NCBI GenBank assembly: GCA_964016885.1
Contig: OZ024763.1
Location: 868,001 to 932,000 of the forward strand
Direction of reading: 5' to 3'
Source: Eledone cirrhosa
Taxonomy: Eukaryota
DNA: 64,000 nt
Part shown: positions 62,272-64,000 of the stretch, in pieces
Numbering within the stretch: position 1 is the first letter of the stretch
How the letters are laid out: each line of letters begins with the position of its first letter
The notes under the pieces: generated by a model
Told to the model about the DNA's origin: nothing
Seen by the model: only the letters and a program-made list of their open reading frames with translations
The model's database searches: none
Program-made: the position numbers and the translations under genes

Positions 62272-64000
62272 TTATAATAATAATAATAATGAAATTATTG
62301 TGTAAAGTGCTCAGGTGCACTACAACTCGTCAATATAGTACATAGAATAATACACAAATGCCAGGGAAGTACATGTTTGTATGTGTTAGCTGTAGTGTTG
62401 GCGGATCTCGGGAAGCATGGAGGCCTTAAAGGATGCAGCGTCTCGACAGCTAACAACTGATGCAGGTAGTTTGTTCCATGCTTCAGCAACTCTGAGCGTG
62501 AAAAAATGTTTCCGAAAGTCATGGGAACTGTGCTGTTTTCTTACTTTGTGGGCATGTCCACGTGTGTTAGACACATGGAAATCGAAAAGGCACTCAGGGT
62601 TGTTGTTGGCAACATGGTTAACAATTTTGTGGGTGTTTACCAAGTCAGTTGCCAGGCGTCGGAGCTTCAATGAATCCATGCCCAGGGAAGCAAGGCGATC
62701 AGAGTATGGTAGATGCCTGATGGAGGGTATTCGCTTGGTTGCACGTCTCTGAACAGTTTCCAGGCGGTCAATGTCCTGAGCAAGATAGGGGTTCCAGACT
62801 GGTGATGCAAATTCTAAGTGTGGTCGCACCATAGCTGTATACAGCCTTAAATAGGTCTTGCTGAGTGATGCTAAGACACCCTCGGCCCTCTTGACAATTT
62901 TAGAGACGTGCCTCGTCCAACGCAAATCGCTGCTGACCGTAATGCCCAGGTCACGTTCACAGGAAGACTTCTTGATATTAGTGCTGTGGAGGGAATATGT
63001 GGACGCTGGGTTTTTACTCCCAAAATGCATGGTGGTGCACTTGTCCACAGCCAGCTTGAGTTGCCAGTCTGTGATCCATTGTTGCATTGTGTCCAGGTCA
63101 GACTGCAAGCAAGATCTATAGTGTTCAGGATCTGTCCTTTTTATCTCAAGGTACAGCTTGATGTCGTCTGCGTACTTTAGTACTGTGGCATTCCTTAAGT
63201 TGGCATCTATGTCATTAATATATGCCACAAACAAAAGGGGGCCAAGAACAGATCCCTGAGGTACACCAGATGACATCTCATATGGTGAGGAATGCTGTCC
63301 CAGAACCGTGACTACCTCTCTTCGACTGAGAATGAAGGACTTCAACCAGTTAAAAAGATCATCCTTCACACCCATTGCAGAGAGTTTTGCCATAAGCCTT
63401 TTGTGCGGCACAGAATTGAAGGCCTTCGCAAAGTCAAGGTAAACAACATCCACCCATGAGCCGCCATCAGTGATCCGGGTGATGTCCTCAAGAAACTCTA
63501 TAAGTTGATCACAGCAGCTGGAGTTGGGGATAAATCCAAATTGCGAAGGCCGGATAAGACTGTGAGAGCTCCAGAAGTTCCAAAGTGTTTCTCTGACACA
63601 GGATTCCATCAGTTTGGCGATGCAACTAGTAAGACTGACTGGACGATAGTTCACAGGTGATGTGCGGTCACCCTTTTTGAACAGAGGAATTACACTGGCA
63701 GTTTTCCACTGTTCTGGAGTAGCACTGTTGTTCAGACAGAATTGGAAGAAGCGTGATAACTGGCGTAGAAGGAAGTACCCACCACGTTTAAGAAGCAGGT
63801 ACGTAACACCATCAAGACCAGGAGAGGCATGGTTGCGTTTATTTTTTAGGTGACGTCGCAGCATTGCAGGTGTAAATTCCATGGTTGTAATAGAGTCCGG
63901 TGTCATAGGTGGTGGAGATGGTACACTCTGGTCTTCAATGGTGAAAATGCCTGCATAGCATTCAGCAATGAGCTCTGCGCATTCCTTGGGGTCGTCAGTA
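62272..64000 (-). mobile_element. CR1-clade LINE, antisense in INTS11 intron 8, continuing beyond the window
   Basis: Open ORF2 with RT motifs, a short 3' UTR and an (ATT)n tail. Confidence 0.92.
62386..63999 (-). CDS. CR1 ORF2 reverse transcriptase (open to the window edge)
   Basis: SPGLDG, NYRPVSLTS, QFGF, YLDFAKAF, GVPQGSVLGPLLF, YADD, ERDLG, VRPHLEFA, VQRRATK and WNKLP motifs; no stop codons. Confidence 0.93.
   Translation of the reverse strand, partial: TDDPKECAELIAECYAGIFTIEDQSVPSPPPMTPDSITTMEFTPAMLRRHLKNKRNHASPGLDGVTYLLLKRGGYFLLRQLSRFFQFCLNNSATPEQWKTASVIPLFKKGDRTSPVNYRPVSLTSCIAKLMESCVRETLWNFWSSHSLIRPSQFGFIPNSSCCDQLIEFLEDITRITDGGSWVDVVYLDFAKAFNSVPHKRLMAKLSAMGVKDDLFNWLKSFILSRREVVTVLGQHSSPYEMSSGVPQGSVLGPLLFVAYINDIDANLRNATVLKYADDIKLYLEIKRTDPEHYRSCLQSDLDTMQQWITDWQLKLAVDKCTTMHFGSKNPASTYSLHSTNIKKSSCERDLGITVSSDLRWTRHVSKIVKRAEGVLASLSKTYLRLYTAMVRPHLEFASPVWNPYLAQDIDRLETVQRRATKRIPSIRHLPYSDRLASLGMDSLKLRRLATDLVNTHKIVNHVANNNPECLFDFHVSNTRGHAHKVRKQHSSHDFRKHFFTLRVAEAWNKLPASVVSCRDAASFKASMLPEIRQHYS

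Overview
AT-rich, microsatellite-dense eukaryotic (animal) DNA. The SINE and LINE families point to an octopod cephalopod, but that is an inference. Three intron-containing housekeeping genes could be reconstructed by hand with GT-AG boundaries and consistent reading frames. (1) FARSB, phenylalanyl-tRNA synthetase beta: minus strand, 19 coding exons, 38529->7595, 1779 nt / 592 aa, complete. (2) A CPTP/GLTPD1-type ceramide-1-phosphate transfer protein: minus strand, 2 coding exons, 49781->43400, 205 aa. (3) The 5' part of INTS11/CPSF3L: plus strand, 8 coding exons from 50944 to 61632, including a 12-nt microexon, and continuing past the window. CPTP and INTS11 are head-to-head, as in human. Introns and intergenic DNA are filled with mobile DNA: RTE, CR1, Tx1-like and R4/Dong-like LINE pieces, two tRNA-SINE families, Merlin, hAT and piggyBac non-autonomous elements, and (TA)n-embedded fold-back fragments carrying minimal hammerhead ribozyme motifs of the Penelope type. 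The most unusual structure is a recurring class of tandem repeats whose unit is a real exon/intron junction. These give about 31 copies of the FARSB exon 17 donor, about 30 copies of the FARSB exon 7 acceptor, about 12 in-frame copies of the INTS11 exon 6 donor, and one duplicated acceptor at FARSB exon 11. Most ORFs in the supplied track are microsatellite or minisatellite artefacts. No database searches were run; family names come from recognised motifs.
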